A stretch of 64,000 nt of DNA from a bacterium (GCA_021813145.1 JAKALS010000004.1:72594-136593); one strand, 5' to 3'; shown: positions 31,691-42,459, counted from the first letter of the stretch. Translations and numbers: made by a program. The notes: generated by a model from the sequence alone, not told the origin.

Positions 31691-33052
31691 ATGGGCATGA
31701 CAGGTACAAAAAGGGTTTTATCTTCAGAGGCTACGCAGTTTATTGGAAAAGAAATAAGTATTTCGGGTTGGGTACGTATAAGACGTGATCACGGAAAACT
31801 TATTTTTTTGGATATAAGAGACAGAGAAGGAATAATTCAGGTTGTAGTAAATCCTAAGGTTTCGGAAGAGGCTTACAGGGAGGCGTTGGAATTAAAGCCC
31901 GAGTATGTAGTAACTATTGTAGGAAAAGTAAATAAAAGGCCTGAGACTGCAATAAATAAAGACATTATAAGCGGGACCGTAGAGCTAGAAGCTTTAAAAA
32001 TAAAAATAATTACAAAAGCCAAAATACTCCCCTTTGATATGGGCGGAAATGAGCTAAATCTTGAGCTTCCTACACTTTTAGACCACCGGGCTCTTACTTT
32101 AAGACATCCAAAAATTCAGGCAATCTTTAAGATTCAGGCAGTAATAATAGACAGTTTTAGGGAATACTTAAAAAAAGAGGGATTTTTTGAATTTCAAGCT
32201 CCTTCCATAGCGCCAGCTGTCGCCGAAGGGGGAGCAGAAGTTTTTCAAATAGATTATTTCGGCAATAAAGCTTATCTTTCACAAAGTCCTCAGCTATACA
32301 AACAGATTGTAATGTCGGCATTCGAAAGAGTCTTTTCGGTGAATAAAATTTTCAGGGCAGAGCCGAGCGTTACGACAAGACATTTGGCCGAAGTAATTTC
32401 CCTTGATGCGGAAATGGCATTTATAGATTCATGGACGGATGTTAAAGACATGGCGGAATCGGTAGTACGCTATATCCTTGAAAGAGTAGGGAAAGAATGC
32501 GGATCAGAGCTTAAACTTTATAACGCTGCTCTTCCGAAAATGATAGATAAAACTCCCGTTCTAAGCTTAAGAGAGGCACAAGAAAAAATATTTAAACATT
32601 CCAAAAGAGACGTGAGAAAAGATAAAGATTTAAATCCCGAAGATGAAAAAGAGATATGTGCGATTATAAAAGAAGAAACAGGTTCGGATTTTGTATTTAT
32701 CTACGGTTACCCTACAAAAAATAAACCTTTTTATGTTTATCCAAACCCTAAGGATCCCCAGTATAACGAAGGTATGGATTTATTATGCAGGGGTGTGGAG
32801 TGGTTATCGGGTGGAAGAAGAGTAAACGATTACGATCAATTAATGAATCATGTCAAAGAATGGAATATGGATCCTAAAAAAATCGCAATGTTTCTCGAGG
32901 CCTTTTCTTACGGGGTGCCTCCCGAGGGAGGATTTGCTTTCGGCGCGGAAAGAATGACTATGCAAATTTTAGAGCTCCAAAATGTCCGGGAGGCCAGTAT
33001 GTTCCCGAGAGATATGGAGAGAATCGATGAAAGGCTTTCCAAAGTTAAGTAG
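31691..33052 (+). CDS. aspS: aspartyl-tRNA synthetase, archaeal/non-discriminating type (no GAD insert)
   Basis: OB-fold (RDHGKLIFLDIRD), EGGAEVF, SQSPQLYKQ, FRAE, GAER, FPRD. Confidence 0.88.
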   Translation: MGMTGTKRVLSSEATQFIGKEISISGWVRIRRDHGKLIFLDIRDREGIIQVVVNPKVSEEAYREALELKPEYVVTIVGKVNKRPETAINKDIISGTVELEALKIKIITKAKILPFDMGGNELNLELPTLLDHRALTLRHPKIQAIFKIQAVIIDSFREYLKKEGFFEFQAPSIAPAVAEGGAEVFQIDYFGNKAYLSQSPQLYKQIVMSAFERVFSVNKIFRAEPSVTTRHLAEVISLDAEMAFIDSWTDVKDMAESVVRYILERVGKECGSELKLYNAALPKMIDKTPVLSLREAQEKIFKHSKRDVRKDKDLNPEDEKEICAIIKEETGSDFVFIYGYPTKNKPFYVYPNPKDPQYNEGMDLLCRGVEWLSGGRRVNDYDQLMNHVKEWNMDPKKIAMFLEAFSYGVPPEGGFAFGAERMTMQILELQNVREASMFPRDMERIDERLSKVK

Positions 33053-33962
33053 TCTTAAAAAGAATTACTTACTTCTATCATTTTCATTTCTTGTAATACT
33101 ACTTCTGATTCTGCTTTTTTTAAGCGTTTATCTTAGGGTAAGAATAATAGAAGATACGGTTTTTCCCTCTTCTTTTGCAGTTTCTTCCGGGTTTAAGTTT
33201 CCTATCTTAAAAACCGAATTTATACCCGATATTTCCGCCCAGGGAGCAGTAATTATGGACGCCGATTCAAAAACTGTTTTATATTCCAAGAATCCCGAGT
33301 TGCGGTTTTCTCCCGCATCTACCACAAAAATAATGACTGCCTTAACTGCTCTTGAGTATTTTAAGACTACGGATATCTTAACGGTTAAAACAGCAACAGA
33401 TGACGGTTCTATTTTGGGGCTTAAAAAGGGTGAAAAAATGACCTTTCAGAATATGCTCTATGCAATGCTTTTGCCATCCGCAAACGATGCTGCTTTAGCA
33501 ATATCTCAAAATTATCCGGGTGGGGAAAAGGCTTTTGTTGCAAAAATGAACGATAACGCAAAAAAATTCAACCTTTATAATACCCACTATGAGGATCCGG
33601 CCGGACTTATGGACGACGGAGATTATACTACACCCGTAGACCTTGCGCGCCTTGCGTCGATAGCCATTAAAAACCCGGAATTTGCAAAAGTAGTTTCTAC
33701 GAAAGAAAAAGTTATAAGTGATATATCCGGAGCAAATGTCTATGACATTCAAAATCTTAACGAACTTTTAGGAGTTGACGGAATAGACGGTGTAAAAACC
33801 GGCTATACGGAAGAGGCCGGACAGGTCTTAGTTACGTCAAAGCTGGAAAACGGACACACTATAATAATGGTTGTGATGTTGAGTCAGGACAGATTTGCGG
33901 ATACCGAAAAACTTCTTAACCTTGTTTCGGGGAATATTACTTATTTACCCATACATCCGTAA
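33027..33962 (+). CDS. D-alanyl-D-alanine carboxypeptidase (S11)
   Basis: PASTTK (SxxK), SAN, KTG motifs. Confidence 0.92.
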   Translation: MKGFPKLSSLKKNYLLLSFSFLVILLLILLFLSVYLRVRIIEDTVFPSSFAVSSGFKFPILKTEFIPDISAQGAVIMDADSKTVLYSKNPELRFSPASTTKIMTALTALEYFKTTDILTVKTATDDGSILGLKKGEKMTFQNMLYAMLLPSANDAALAISQNYPGGEKAFVAKMNDNAKKFNLYNTHYEDPAGLMDDGDYTTPVDLARLASIAIKNPEFAKVVSTKEKVISDISGANVYDIQNLNELLGVDGIDGVKTGYTEEAGQVLVTSKLENGHTIIMVVMLSQDRFADTEKLLNLVSGNITYLPIHP

Positions 33963-34983
33963 CAAGAGGAACATAGGCATAAAAACCGTTGTCTCCAGAA
34001 AAAACAGCAATAGGCATAAGATAGTCCTGTTTTTTATCCCCTATGTAATATCCGAGAGCAACATTTCTTATCGAAATGTAATCGCTGTTTCCAAAGTAAG
34101 AAGCTATATATCCTTTACCTTGTTTTAATTCATCAAATGCCTGTTGTGCTGTTTTTATAGGATAGGTAGCATAAGTTGAAGAGATGGTTTGATGATAAAA
34201 ATTTACCTGTGCCACTTGAGGTTGGTCTTGTCCTGCAACTACAAGAACATTCATTGTAGAATTTATTGCCTTCGGATAATAAATCGGAAGCTTATCTACA
34301 TCTTTTTGGAAGAAATCAACTTCAATAACCTGCGTATTTGAAATGCTGGATGCAGTTGTAAGGGTATTATTATTTATGGAATAAATGAAAGTTTGCGTTT
34401 TTGATGTATCTATATCGGATGGAAAAGAATCCATACCTGAAAGGAAACTCTCTGCCACACTGATAGCTCCATTTTGATCGGGAAGGTTTCCGGCCGCCTG
34501 AACAGTAGGATCGGTCATAAAAGAAGAAGAAAGGTTAAAGTTTAGAGAAAAAATGTTCATTGTTATGGTGCGGTTGAGTGGTCCGTTATCTTCCCACTGG
34601 TACACCTGGTTGGAAACAGGCACCTCTGCGGAATTAAATCCTACTGCTGCAACGCTGCTTCTTGCTTTATTAAGAGCCAAGAGATCCGGAGCTTTGGAAA
34701 CCATTTTGTAAACTTTTAACCTGTCGGGAAAAACCGGCAAGATTCCCGTAACGGTGTCGAGGGAATACGTAAAGCTTTTACCACTGGCATTGGCCGGAAA
34801 GGATATTGTAGGCAGTTTATTAAAGGAAACTGTCGGAGGGGGCGGAGGTGTAGGAAAAAACGTGTTTTTAAAGTAAGAAATAAGTCTTACCGAGATTACG
34901 GCTAAAAAAAGTAAGACTATTATTATTGCACCCCATTTAATAAATGTTCTTGTTTCGGCAGTAGCCTGACTTAATGTCAGCAT
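33937..34983 (-). CDS. hypothetical membrane-anchored protein
   Basis: N-terminal TM then a polyproline linker; TATACT 6 nt upstream of ATG. Confidence 0.75.
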   Translation of the reverse strand: MLTLSQATAETRTFIKWGAIIIVLLFLAVISVRLISYFKNTFFPTPPPPPTVSFNKLPTISFPANASGKSFTYSLDTVTGILPVFPDRLKVYKMVSKAPDLLALNKARSSVAAVGFNSAEVPVSNQVYQWEDNGPLNRTITMNIFSLNFNLSSSFMTDPTVQAAGNLPDQNGAISVAESFLSGMDSFPSDIDTSKTQTFIYSINNNTLTTASSISNTQVIEVDFFQKDVDKLPIYYPKAINSTMNVLVVAGQDQPQVAQVNFYHQTISSTYATYPIKTAQQAFDELKQGKGYIASYFGNSDYISIRNVALGYYIGDKKQDYLMPIAVFSGDNGFYAYVPLVTDVWVNK

Positions 34984-35031
34984 ATATTGAGTATAGGAAA
35001 ATTTTAAGCTACAATGCAAGAGACGTCAGCT

Positions 35032-36285
35032 ATGAAAGAAAACTCAAAAGTGAAAGTAAGATTTGCCCCGAGTCCCACGGGAATACCGCATATAGGAAAT
35101 ACAAGGACGGCTCTTTTTAATTTTTTGTTTGCAAAGCACAACGGAGGCGAATTCATATTAAGGATTGAGGATACCGATCAAAAACGAATTGTAAATGGTG
35201 CTAAGGAGGCTATATTTGAGATTCTTCAATGGTTGGGAATAAAACACGACGGAGAGGTTGTTTACCAGTCTCAAAGACTCGATTTGTATAGAAAATATGT
35301 TCAAGAGCTTTTGGACAAAAAAATTGCGCATGAAAAGGAAGGAGCTATTTGGATAAAGGTTCCCGAAGAAGAAAAATTCGAATGGGAAGATAAGGTAGGA
35401 AATAAAAAAATTTCCTTTGTTGGAAAAGATGTTGATGAATTTGTAATCTTGAAATCCGACGGTTATCCAACGTATCATCTTGCAAATGTTATTGATGATC
35501 ACTTGATGGAAATTACTCATGTAATAAGGGGTGAAGAATGGATTTCTTCGACTCCGAAACACATATATCTATATCGGGTATTCGGCTGGGACAGACCTCA
35601 TTTTGCACATCTTCCGGTTATTCTTGGTCCCGATAAGACAAAACTTTCAAAAAGACACGGCGCAAAATCCGCGCTTGATTACAAAGCAGAAGGTTATCTT
35701 CCGGAGGCGTTGATTAATTTTATGGCGCTTTTAGGTTGGAATCCGGGAGGGGATCAAGAACAATTTTCCTTTGAGGAGATGATTAAATTGTTTAAACTGG
35801 AAGACATAAATACCGCTAATCCTGTTTTTGATATCAAAAAACTCGATTGGTTAAATGGCTTATGGATTAGGACTCTGGACGAGAAGGGAAAGCTGAAAGA
35901 AGAACTCGAAGAGTTCTATGCAGGGAATAAAAGGATGGAAAGGGAACTAAAAGGAGAAAAATCAAAAATAATGATTAAGGCATCTGCTTCACGAATGAAG
36001 ACTCTTTCGGATTTTCAATCTTTAATAAATTTAAAAAGACAAAGATATTTAACGGAAAAAGAAAAAGAAACGGCATTAAAACTTTTAGATTTTCTGAAGA
36101 AAAAATTAGGTGATAAATGGGAAAATGAAAAACTGCTTCTGGCAATGAAGGACTTTAGTAAAAGCGAAGGAATTCCTTTTAAAACTATTTATTTTCTTAT
36201 GTCGGGGAAAGAACAGGGAATAGGATTATTGGAATTAAACGAAATATACGGAAAAGAATTTTTTATTAAAAATCTTAAAGGATGA
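35032..36285 (+). CDS. gltX: glutamyl-tRNA synthetase (compact)
   Basis: RFAPSPTG.PHIGN, LRIEDTD, KLSKR; Zn-binding insert absent. Confidence 0.93.
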   Translation: MKENSKVKVRFAPSPTGIPHIGNTRTALFNFLFAKHNGGEFILRIEDTDQKRIVNGAKEAIFEILQWLGIKHDGEVVYQSQRLDLYRKYVQELLDKKIAHEKEGAIWIKVPEEEKFEWEDKVGNKKISFVGKDVDEFVILKSDGYPTYHLANVIDDHLMEITHVIRGEEWISSTPKHIYLYRVFGWDRPHFAHLPVILGPDKTKLSKRHGAKSALDYKAEGYLPEALINFMALLGWNPGGDQEQFSFEEMIKLFKLEDINTANPVFDIKKLDWLNGLWIRTLDEKGKLKEELEEFYAGNKRMERELKGEKSKIMIKASASRMKTLSDFQSLINLKRQRYLTEKEKETALKLLDFLKKKLGDKWENEKLLLAMKDFSKSEGIPFKTIYFLMSGKEQGIGLLELNEIYGKEFFIKNLKG

Positions 36286-36872
36286 GTAAATTTATAGCAG
36301 AGTTTATTTCAGTTATTCTCAATCCACTTGTTCTTCTTGTGCCTTTGCCGTTTTTTCTTGTTTATGAAACAGGAGGAAGTTTGGCAAGCTCCATTCTTTG
36401 GACGATTATAACATTTCTCTTTATTTTTTTATTTTTTGTTTTTATACTTTTCGGTATCTGGAGAGGATTTTTTTCTGATCTTGACGTTTCCAGAAGAAAA
36501 CAAAGACCTCTTTTATTCCTGGTTGCAATACTTTTAACTTTAGTTTATATATCAATCCTTTTTATTTTTCATGCTCCCGTAATCCTTTATATTGCCGCTG
36601 TTTCTGTTATGGCGGGGCTTGGAGCGGTGGATATGGTGAATTCTGTTATAAAAGCAAGCGTGCACCTTGCTACGCTTTCTGCTGTTTCCACTTTTTTAGT
36701 AATAGTAGAAGGTTGGCCTTTTCTTTTCGCATATTTACTTATTCCGGTTCTTGCTTGGTCTAGGATTAAGACTAAAAATCATACCCCGAAAGAAACAGCC
36801 CTGGGAACAAGTCTTGGAATTCTGTTTACTTTAACGGTTTATGTTATATTTAAATATATAATTCATGTTTAA
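36282..36872 (+). CDS. PAP2-like membrane protein
   Basis: KASVH...WSRIKTKNHT; multi-TM. Confidence 0.65.
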   Translation: MSKFIAEFISVILNPLVLLVPLPFFLVYETGGSLASSILWTIITFLFIFLFFVFILFGIWRGFFSDLDVSRRKQRPLLFLVAILLTLVYISILFIFHAPVILYIAAVSVMAGLGAVDMVNSVIKASVHLATLSAVSTFLVIVEGWPFLFAYLLIPVLAWSRIKTKNHTPKETALGTSLGILFTLTVYVIFKYIIHV

Positions 36873-37227
36873 CAATTTAATAAAATCTTTTGGTTACGCA
36901 TTCCAGGGAATATATTTCGCCTTTAAATACAACAGAAATATCAGGATTCATTTTGCTGCCGCAATTCTGGTTATTATTGCCAGCATTATTTTAAAAGTTA
37001 ATGCTTTTGAGATGGGAATTTTGGGAATAATGATACTTTTGGTTATTTGTACGGAGATGATAAATACGGCAATAGAAGAAGTTGTAAATCTTTTAGTAAA
37101 TGAGCATAGAAAAGAGGCAAAAATAGCAAAAGATGTTTCTGCGGGAATGGTTTTACTTACCGCAATGGGTTCTGTTATAGTAGGAATCCTTATATTCGTT
37201 CCTCATATTTTAAAATTTTTCAGATAA
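36865..37227 (+). CDS. dgkA: diacylglycerol/undecaprenol kinase
   Basis: SFGYAFQG, EMINTAIEE, AKDVSAG. Confidence 0.9.
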   Translation: MFNNLIKSFGYAFQGIYFAFKYNRNIRIHFAAAILVIIASIILKVNAFEMGILGIMILLVICTEMINTAIEEVVNLLVNEHRKEAKIAKDVSAGMVLLTAMGSVIVGILIFVPHILKFFR

Positions 37228-37229
37228 AC

Positions 37230-38207
37230 TTATGTCTTTTTTAGCTCGCCATGAGTATAGAGCCATGCAAGTTGGCTTTTTACCTGTTGTAGTGTGACTT
37301 CCTGTCCTAATTCTTCGCTTAACAATCTCGCAATTTCTGTTCTTTCCGGTCGTTTATTCTTGGGAAGACGCATGTATCTTTTAACTCCTTCGCGAATCTT
37401 CGCAAATCCTTTCCCAGTGTAGTAAGGGGTCCTTTCGAACACCATTCTACGGTCAACCACCCTTATTCTTCTGGCTCCGGTCATTCTGCCAACAACACTT
37501 CTTACCTGCTCTTTTGTAAATACCGTACTTTCCGCAATCTCGTTTACATTCATATTTTCTCTCAACTCTATTATCTGTTTTGCTTTTTCTTCAAATCGTT
37601 GGCTTTGTACCTTTCCCCTCGGATCCGGCTCAATAAGTTTTAACGCGATAAGCTTGCTTCTTATTCTACCTATTTTCCCCTGGTCAATACCTATTTCTTT
37701 TTCCATATATGAATAACTTTTTCCGAGTTTGCTTAGTCTGAATACATCTAAAACATTTGGTTGGCTTAATAAATCTCGTATTCTGTCATCCCGGTCAATT
37801 TTCTCAACCGACTCCATGGACATGTCAAATTCTTCCGCTGTTTTCCAAACCGTGTGCCCCCTTTTTAAAAGTTTTTGCACTCTTAGCCTGAATAAAGGGT
37901 GAAGCTCTTGATAACGGTTATAAAAATCGCTGTATCTTTGTGTTTGTTTGTTATCCTGCAAAACATTATCGACAATAGCATCAGGGTTATCTCTTATTTC
38001 TCCGAATTCTTTTAAGGGTCCAAAAGATCCGGTTTCATGCCAGACAAAAAAATAAAAGAGTGCCTGCCTGTCTTTATGAGAAAAATTAAATCTGTCGAGG
38101 ATATTTACTGCAAGAGCTTGATCCTCACTAAGTTTAAATCCGGCTAGGCTCTTTTTAAGAGACGGAGAAAACTGTTCCGGATTAAGGGTTTCGCTTTTTT
38201 GAGGCAT
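37230..38207 (-). CDS. hypothetical protein with several HTH-like segments
   Basis: long ORF; basic HTH-like stretches; TATAAT 10 nt upstream. Confidence 0.6.
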   Translation of the reverse strand: MPQKSETLNPEQFSPSLKKSLAGFKLSEDQALAVNILDRFNFSHKDRQALFYFFVWHETGSFGPLKEFGEIRDNPDAIVDNVLQDNKQTQRYSDFYNRYQELHPLFRLRVQKLLKRGHTVWKTAEEFDMSMESVEKIDRDDRIRDLLSQPNVLDVFRLSKLGKSYSYMEKEIGIDQGKIGRIRSKLIALKLIEPDPRGKVQSQRFEEKAKQIIELRENMNVNEIAESTVFTKEQVRSVVGRMTGARRIRVVDRRMVFERTPYYTGKGFAKIREGVKRYMRLPKNKRPERTEIARLLSEELGQEVTLQQVKSQLAWLYTHGELKKT

Positions 38208-38305
38208 AAGAATTGAGATTATACCATAGCTGTGAAAGAATGAAGTAGGTGTGTTTCCCTCGATTTCTCACTACAGCCGTAAGTGAGCGTAGCGAGTTGA
38301 ATCGG

Positions 38306-38376
38306 CTACGGGACTTGGATTCGAACCAAAATGAATGGATTCAAAATCCACGATCCTACCATTAGATGATCCTGCA
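38306..38376 (-). tRNA. tRNA-Gln(TTG)
   Basis: TGCAGGA-TC-ATCTAATGGTAGGAT-C-GTGGA TTTTGAA TCCAT-TCAT-TTTGG TTCGAAT CCAAG-TCCCGTA-G; CCA not encoded. Confidence 0.9.
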
Positions 38377-38466
38377 ATACGCCCAAATTATATCAAAAGA
38401 CGAATAAGTTTGCCCATTTACATTAGCTAAGCCTTGCCTTAACTGTTGGTGCTATAATTTTAGAAT

Positions 38467-39072
38467 ATGTTTGGCCTTGGAGATATTATTTTAATAAGTT
38501 GGGCGGTTTATCTTTTTTATTGGATTATTAATTGGAAAAAAGTAAAGCCCTCTAAGGAGAAGAAATTCGATCTGGCCCGTTATCGTGCTTTAGGAATTAT
38601 ATTCGTAATTGTTATTATCGTAGTTTCCAAAAAATTTAACCTTTTGGCTTCGTGCAGGGCAAGTTCTTCGGGATGTATATATAGCAATATTTTCTCGCCT
38701 CAACATGCTTTATTTGCATTGCAACTTATCGGCGTTTTATTAACGGTTACCGGAGTAGTGATTGCCGTATTGGCAAGAAGAACTTTGGCCGATAACTGGA
38801 GTAATACAGTTGAGCTGAAAAAAGGACACGAGCTTGTGACAAAAGGTGTTTACGGTTATGTCAGGCACCCCATATATTTAGGAATCTGGCTTATGGCTTT
38901 AGGTACAGTCATGTATGTTCAGTCCGTAATCGTTTTTCTTATTTTCCTTTTTTTATTCGGAGTCTTTGCATTGAGAATAGGGGAGGAGGAAAAATTAATG
39001 ACGCAGACTTTCCCCAAAGAATACCCAGAATACAAGAAGCGAGTTAAGACCATTATTCCTTTTATCTGGTAA
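38467..39072 (+). CDS. isoprenylcysteine carboxyl methyltransferase (ICMT/PEMT) family
   Basis: LVTKGVYGYVRHPIY, EEKLM...YPEYKKRV..IIP. Confidence 0.88.
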   Translation: MFGLGDIILISWAVYLFYWIINWKKVKPSKEKKFDLARYRALGIIFVIVIIVVSKKFNLLASCRASSSGCIYSNIFSPQHALFALQLIGVLLTVTGVVIAVLARRTLADNWSNTVELKKGHELVTKGVYGYVRHPIYLGIWLMALGTVMYVQSVIVFLIFLFLFGVFALRIGEEEKLMTQTFPKEYPEYKKRVKTIIPFIW

Positions 39073-39333
39073 AATAATACAGCCCAAAAACTACTGGGGT
39101 TCTTGGTTTTAGTTTTGTTACTTGCATTCGGAGACTAATATAACTTTTGGAAATGTTGTGAGCGAAAACTCAGATTCTTATTCCCAAATGTTTTATTATT
39201 CGGTGCCCAAAAAGCCGGGAGGGGTCAAAGGAGCTTTGCTGGAGCTAGTTGAAGATTTCCGAACCGCAAACTGGTTAGAAATCGTCAAGTATCCAGAGTT
39301 AGTTTATCAACAAACTAACAAATATCTTTATTC

Positions 39334-39870
39334 TTAGGCTAACTTAAATGTCGATACCAAATCCCATTTGTGATTGTCTTTAGATGAGAATAAAGAAAAA
39401 GAATCAATTTTAATTTTATACTTAGGGTTATAATTTGATAGTTCTTGTTTACATTTTTCAAGTTCCGCCTTAGGAATGCTCTCTCCAATTGTAGCGTGAG
39501 GTATATAATTGTCTAATTCAAATTTGGGTTCTTCAACATCTTTAATAAAATCTTTTAATTTTAGAGCAATTAGTTTATGCAAATTTTTAATTTTATCAAT
39601 GTTTTTGATGGCAATAAAAATAACACCATTTGCTGAATTTTCAAAGTAACCCAAACCATTAGTTTCAATTTCAAAAGTATTAGTGCTTAATGCTATTTCA
39701 TTAAGAATTTCTGTAATCCTTTTTATAGAGACTAATAACATAAAAGGCATTTTCAGTGTAATATGAGGAACAATATCATAGATTGATTTGTTATATTTAT
39801 TTCTTAATACTGACAACTCGTTGGAAATAACATCTGGGAAAGTTAAAACTATTGCAAATTGCTCGTCCAT
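39334..39870 (-). CDS. 2H phosphoesterase (2'-5' RNA ligase/YjcG-like)
   Basis: two HxT motifs, PHITL and PHATI. Confidence 0.88.
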   Translation of the reverse strand: MDEQFAIVLTFPDVISNELSVLRNKYNKSIYDIVPHITLKMPFMLLVSIKRITEILNEIALSTNTFEIETNGLGYFENSANGVIFIAIKNIDKIKNLHKLIALKLKDFIKDVEEPKFELDNYIPHATIGESIPKAELEKCKQELSNYNPKYKIKIDSFSLFSSKDNHKWDLVSTFKLA

Positions 39871-39962
39871 AAAATGATTATATCAAATGAGGTTAAAGTT
39901 CGAATCAAGTCAGCGGTTGCACAGTTTGATGTAGTTTTTAGAGGGGTGATATAATCTCAGAC

Positions 39963-40538
39963 ATGGACGTATATTACAAAAAGGAAATAACATATCCCTT
40001 CGCTGGGCAAAAATTTGTATTTGATATTGGAGAAACTTTATTTTCCACATTTGCAGTTGATCATGGTACTGACATACTTATTCGTGCCCTTGTTACTAGT
40101 AGTCCTAAGAGCATCCTTGATTTAGGTTGTGGTTATGGACCACTTGGAATAATCCTTGCAAAAAATAATCCAAAAGCTGAAGTCACGATGGTTGATCGTG
40201 ATTTACTTGCTGTTAGATATACCAAATTCAATATTGAAAAAAATAATGTCTCTAATGCAATCGCAATGGGAAGCCTTGGGGTGGAAGAAGTAAAAGACAA
40301 AAAATTTGATCTGATAGTGTCAAATATCCCAGCAAAAATTGGCGATGATGCAATTGCGCAAGAATTTATTCTGCAACCCTATGAACAACTCAATCCAGGT
40401 GGTGAATATTGGTTTGTAGTTGTAAGTGCATTAAACCGTCTAATTCCTAAATTAAACCCGAAGTACAAACTGAATATTGAGTATATTAGAAAAAGAAGTG
40501 GTCACACCGTATACAAAATCAGGAAGCCTGAAAATTAA
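39963..40538 (+). CDS. small class I SAM methyltransferase (RsmC/MTS-like)
   Basis: FS...VDHGT, LDLGCGYG, IVSNIP. Confidence 0.85.
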   Translation: MDVYYKKEITYPFAGQKFVFDIGETLFSTFAVDHGTDILIRALVTSSPKSILDLGCGYGPLGIILAKNNPKAEVTMVDRDLLAVRYTKFNIEKNNVSNAIAMGSLGVEEVKDKKFDLIVSNIPAKIGDDAIAQEFILQPYEQLNPGGEYWFVVVSALNRLIPKLNPKYKLNIEYIRKRSGHTVYKIRKPEN

Positions 40539-41066
40539 AATTAGAATAATAAGTTTCCACTTCGGACAACAGAGCCAGCAAGTTTTTTAACCTCGAAAAA
40601 GTAGATACCGCAAATATACCAAGAATGATCTTTCCGCCTTTAAATTCTATAATAACTTGGGTACGAGACATTTCTATTTCGTCAATATTACTTACCGATT
40701 TTGCTCCGAAAAATCTTCATATAGAAAGCAAAATCATAGTGAAACAAGCAAAAAGGAAGAGATTAACCGAAAGAAGATAAAATTAGAAGACAATAACAAT
40801 AAAATAGGGATGTTTTTTATGTGTTATTTATTATTCTAGATATAACACATCAAACGATATCATTATTGAGATACTCCTTTTATAGAGTCTCGTTTATCTA
40901 ACTTAGTCAACAAAAACAAATTGTTTCCGTAAATTATAAAATTTACCCCTGTTCCTAAACCTCTTCTTATCTATGATTTCCAGAATCCCAAAAATACGAA
41001 ATTTCCGAAACAAAGAGCTATTGAAAAGATTATAAGACTGAAATGGTTCTAGGCCGAGATGGCCAG

Positions 41067-42365
41067 CTAAGGTCGCAAGTTAAACTCTTCTTGTAGTTGA
41101 TTTATAGAAATTGTATTAGGTCTTTCGGGGTGAGGAGGTCCTAAGTCACTTCCTGTATCTACAAAATATATTTCTTTCCCGTCGAATAATAAGTTTGTCC
41201 AGAATTTTCCTACTGGTTGAAAACCTTGACTGTCAAGAATATTGGCAATATCTGTCAAACGTTGCATGAGATATGACCTTACACTACCTGGGGTAGAGTT
41301 GGAATTAATTATTGTGACTAATTCCTCATAACTTTTTGCATTGGCAATATACTCCTCAAATATATCCGCTCCTTTTATTCCATAAATTTTTGGAGTTATT
41401 ATGCCCAAACCTTGTAATAATTTAAGCCTATTCCACATTTGCCTCGCATGTAGTTCGCTATTTCCCATAGACACCACCGCTTTTTGGGCCACGTGTTGTA
41501 TCTTTACATTCCCTGATTCATCTTGAGTTACAACTGAATACGCAGTTAAGAATGTCTCAGCGCCTAATTGTGTAAACTCCATAATTCTTTTTAAGGCGAG
41601 CAGCATTTCTTCCTGTCTCAAAACGTTGACTTCTCTGAGCGTGGCTTCACTTACAGGCATTACCAAGTTTAAATTTCTAGATCTTAAAGCCTCAAGCCTT
41701 TTTTTTAGCCATTCGGTTTCTAGTTTTACATTATTAATTTTTTCTACTTTTGTATCCCCAGAACTTCCATGCACTAAGTTTTTCCTTACAGATAAAGCAA
41801 ATCTCCCCCTAATGCTGTCCGGAGATGCTTTCTCAGGATTAGTTGCGCCTATTTGCTGTCTCCATTCTGCTACTGCATTTCCATCAGGCGCATAAAGCAA
41901 GAAATATGTTATTGGGCCGCTAAGCATATGAGTTTTAAACAATTGCCATTCGTTTGTATCATCGGTTTTAATAGAAGAAAGCCTTTGCCTTACTTCTTCA
42001 GGATAGAATTCCTCAATGTCATCAGGCGAGGGAGATAGGCTAATTGTAAACACTACTTCCAGAGGGGATTTAATCATTCCAAGAAGTATTCTTTCGCCCA
42101 CCTCATCGCTATCAACGGATAATTTACTATCTTCGGTTCTTGGTTTGATTGCGCCTAATGTTACTTTCCCTTCTTCGATTAGTTGATTTAGCGCGGGATG
42201 GTCTAAAACGTCAATCATTTTATCGAGCTTATATCTTTCTAATTCTCCCAAGACGAGTCCTTCTGAATATCTAGTTTGAGAGTTTTCGGTAAAATAGGTT
42301 TCGGAAAGTACTTTTCTGCTTAACACTCGAGATTGTTCAATGGTAGCAAAACTTTCTCTAGTCAT
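41067..42365 (-). CDS. nucleoside-diphosphate kinase fused to a degenerate protein-kinase-like domain
   Basis: AIKP, SGP, WRQQIGATNP..A.PDSIRG.F..N.VHGS; C-terminal TPKIYG...EYI...NLLFD..IYFVDTG. Confidence 0.75.
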   Translation of the reverse strand: MTRESFATIEQSRVLSRKVLSETYFTENSQTRYSEGLVLGELERYKLDKMIDVLDHPALNQLIEEGKVTLGAIKPRTEDSKLSVDSDEVGERILLGMIKSPLEVVFTISLSPSPDDIEEFYPEEVRQRLSSIKTDDTNEWQLFKTHMLSGPITYFLLYAPDGNAVAEWRQQIGATNPEKASPDSIRGRFALSVRKNLVHGSSGDTKVEKINNVKLETEWLKKRLEALRSRNLNLVMPVSEATLREVNVLRQEEMLLALKRIMEFTQLGAETFLTAYSVVTQDESGNVKIQHVAQKAVVSMGNSELHARQMWNRLKLLQGLGIITPKIYGIKGADIFEEYIANAKSYEELVTIINSNSTPGSVRSYLMQRLTDIANILDSQGFQPVGKFWTNLLFDGKEIYFVDTGSDLGPPHPERPNTISINQLQEEFNLRP

Positions 42366-42366
42366 A

Positions 42367-42459
42367 TTATTTTTTTATCCTTTCCAACAATCTCAAAAAG
42401 TCATCTATTTTTTTTATTTCCCTCTTGAGCTTTCCTATTTTTTTTGATTTAGTATCCAT
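42367..42459 (-). CDS. 30-aa Lys-rich peptide (MDTKSKKIGKLKREIKKIDDFLRLLERIKK)
   Basis: frame stays open through three poly-A runs; stop is 1 nt before the ndk ATG. Confidence 0.3.
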   Translation of the reverse strand: MDTKSKKIGKLKREIKKIDDFLRLLERIKK

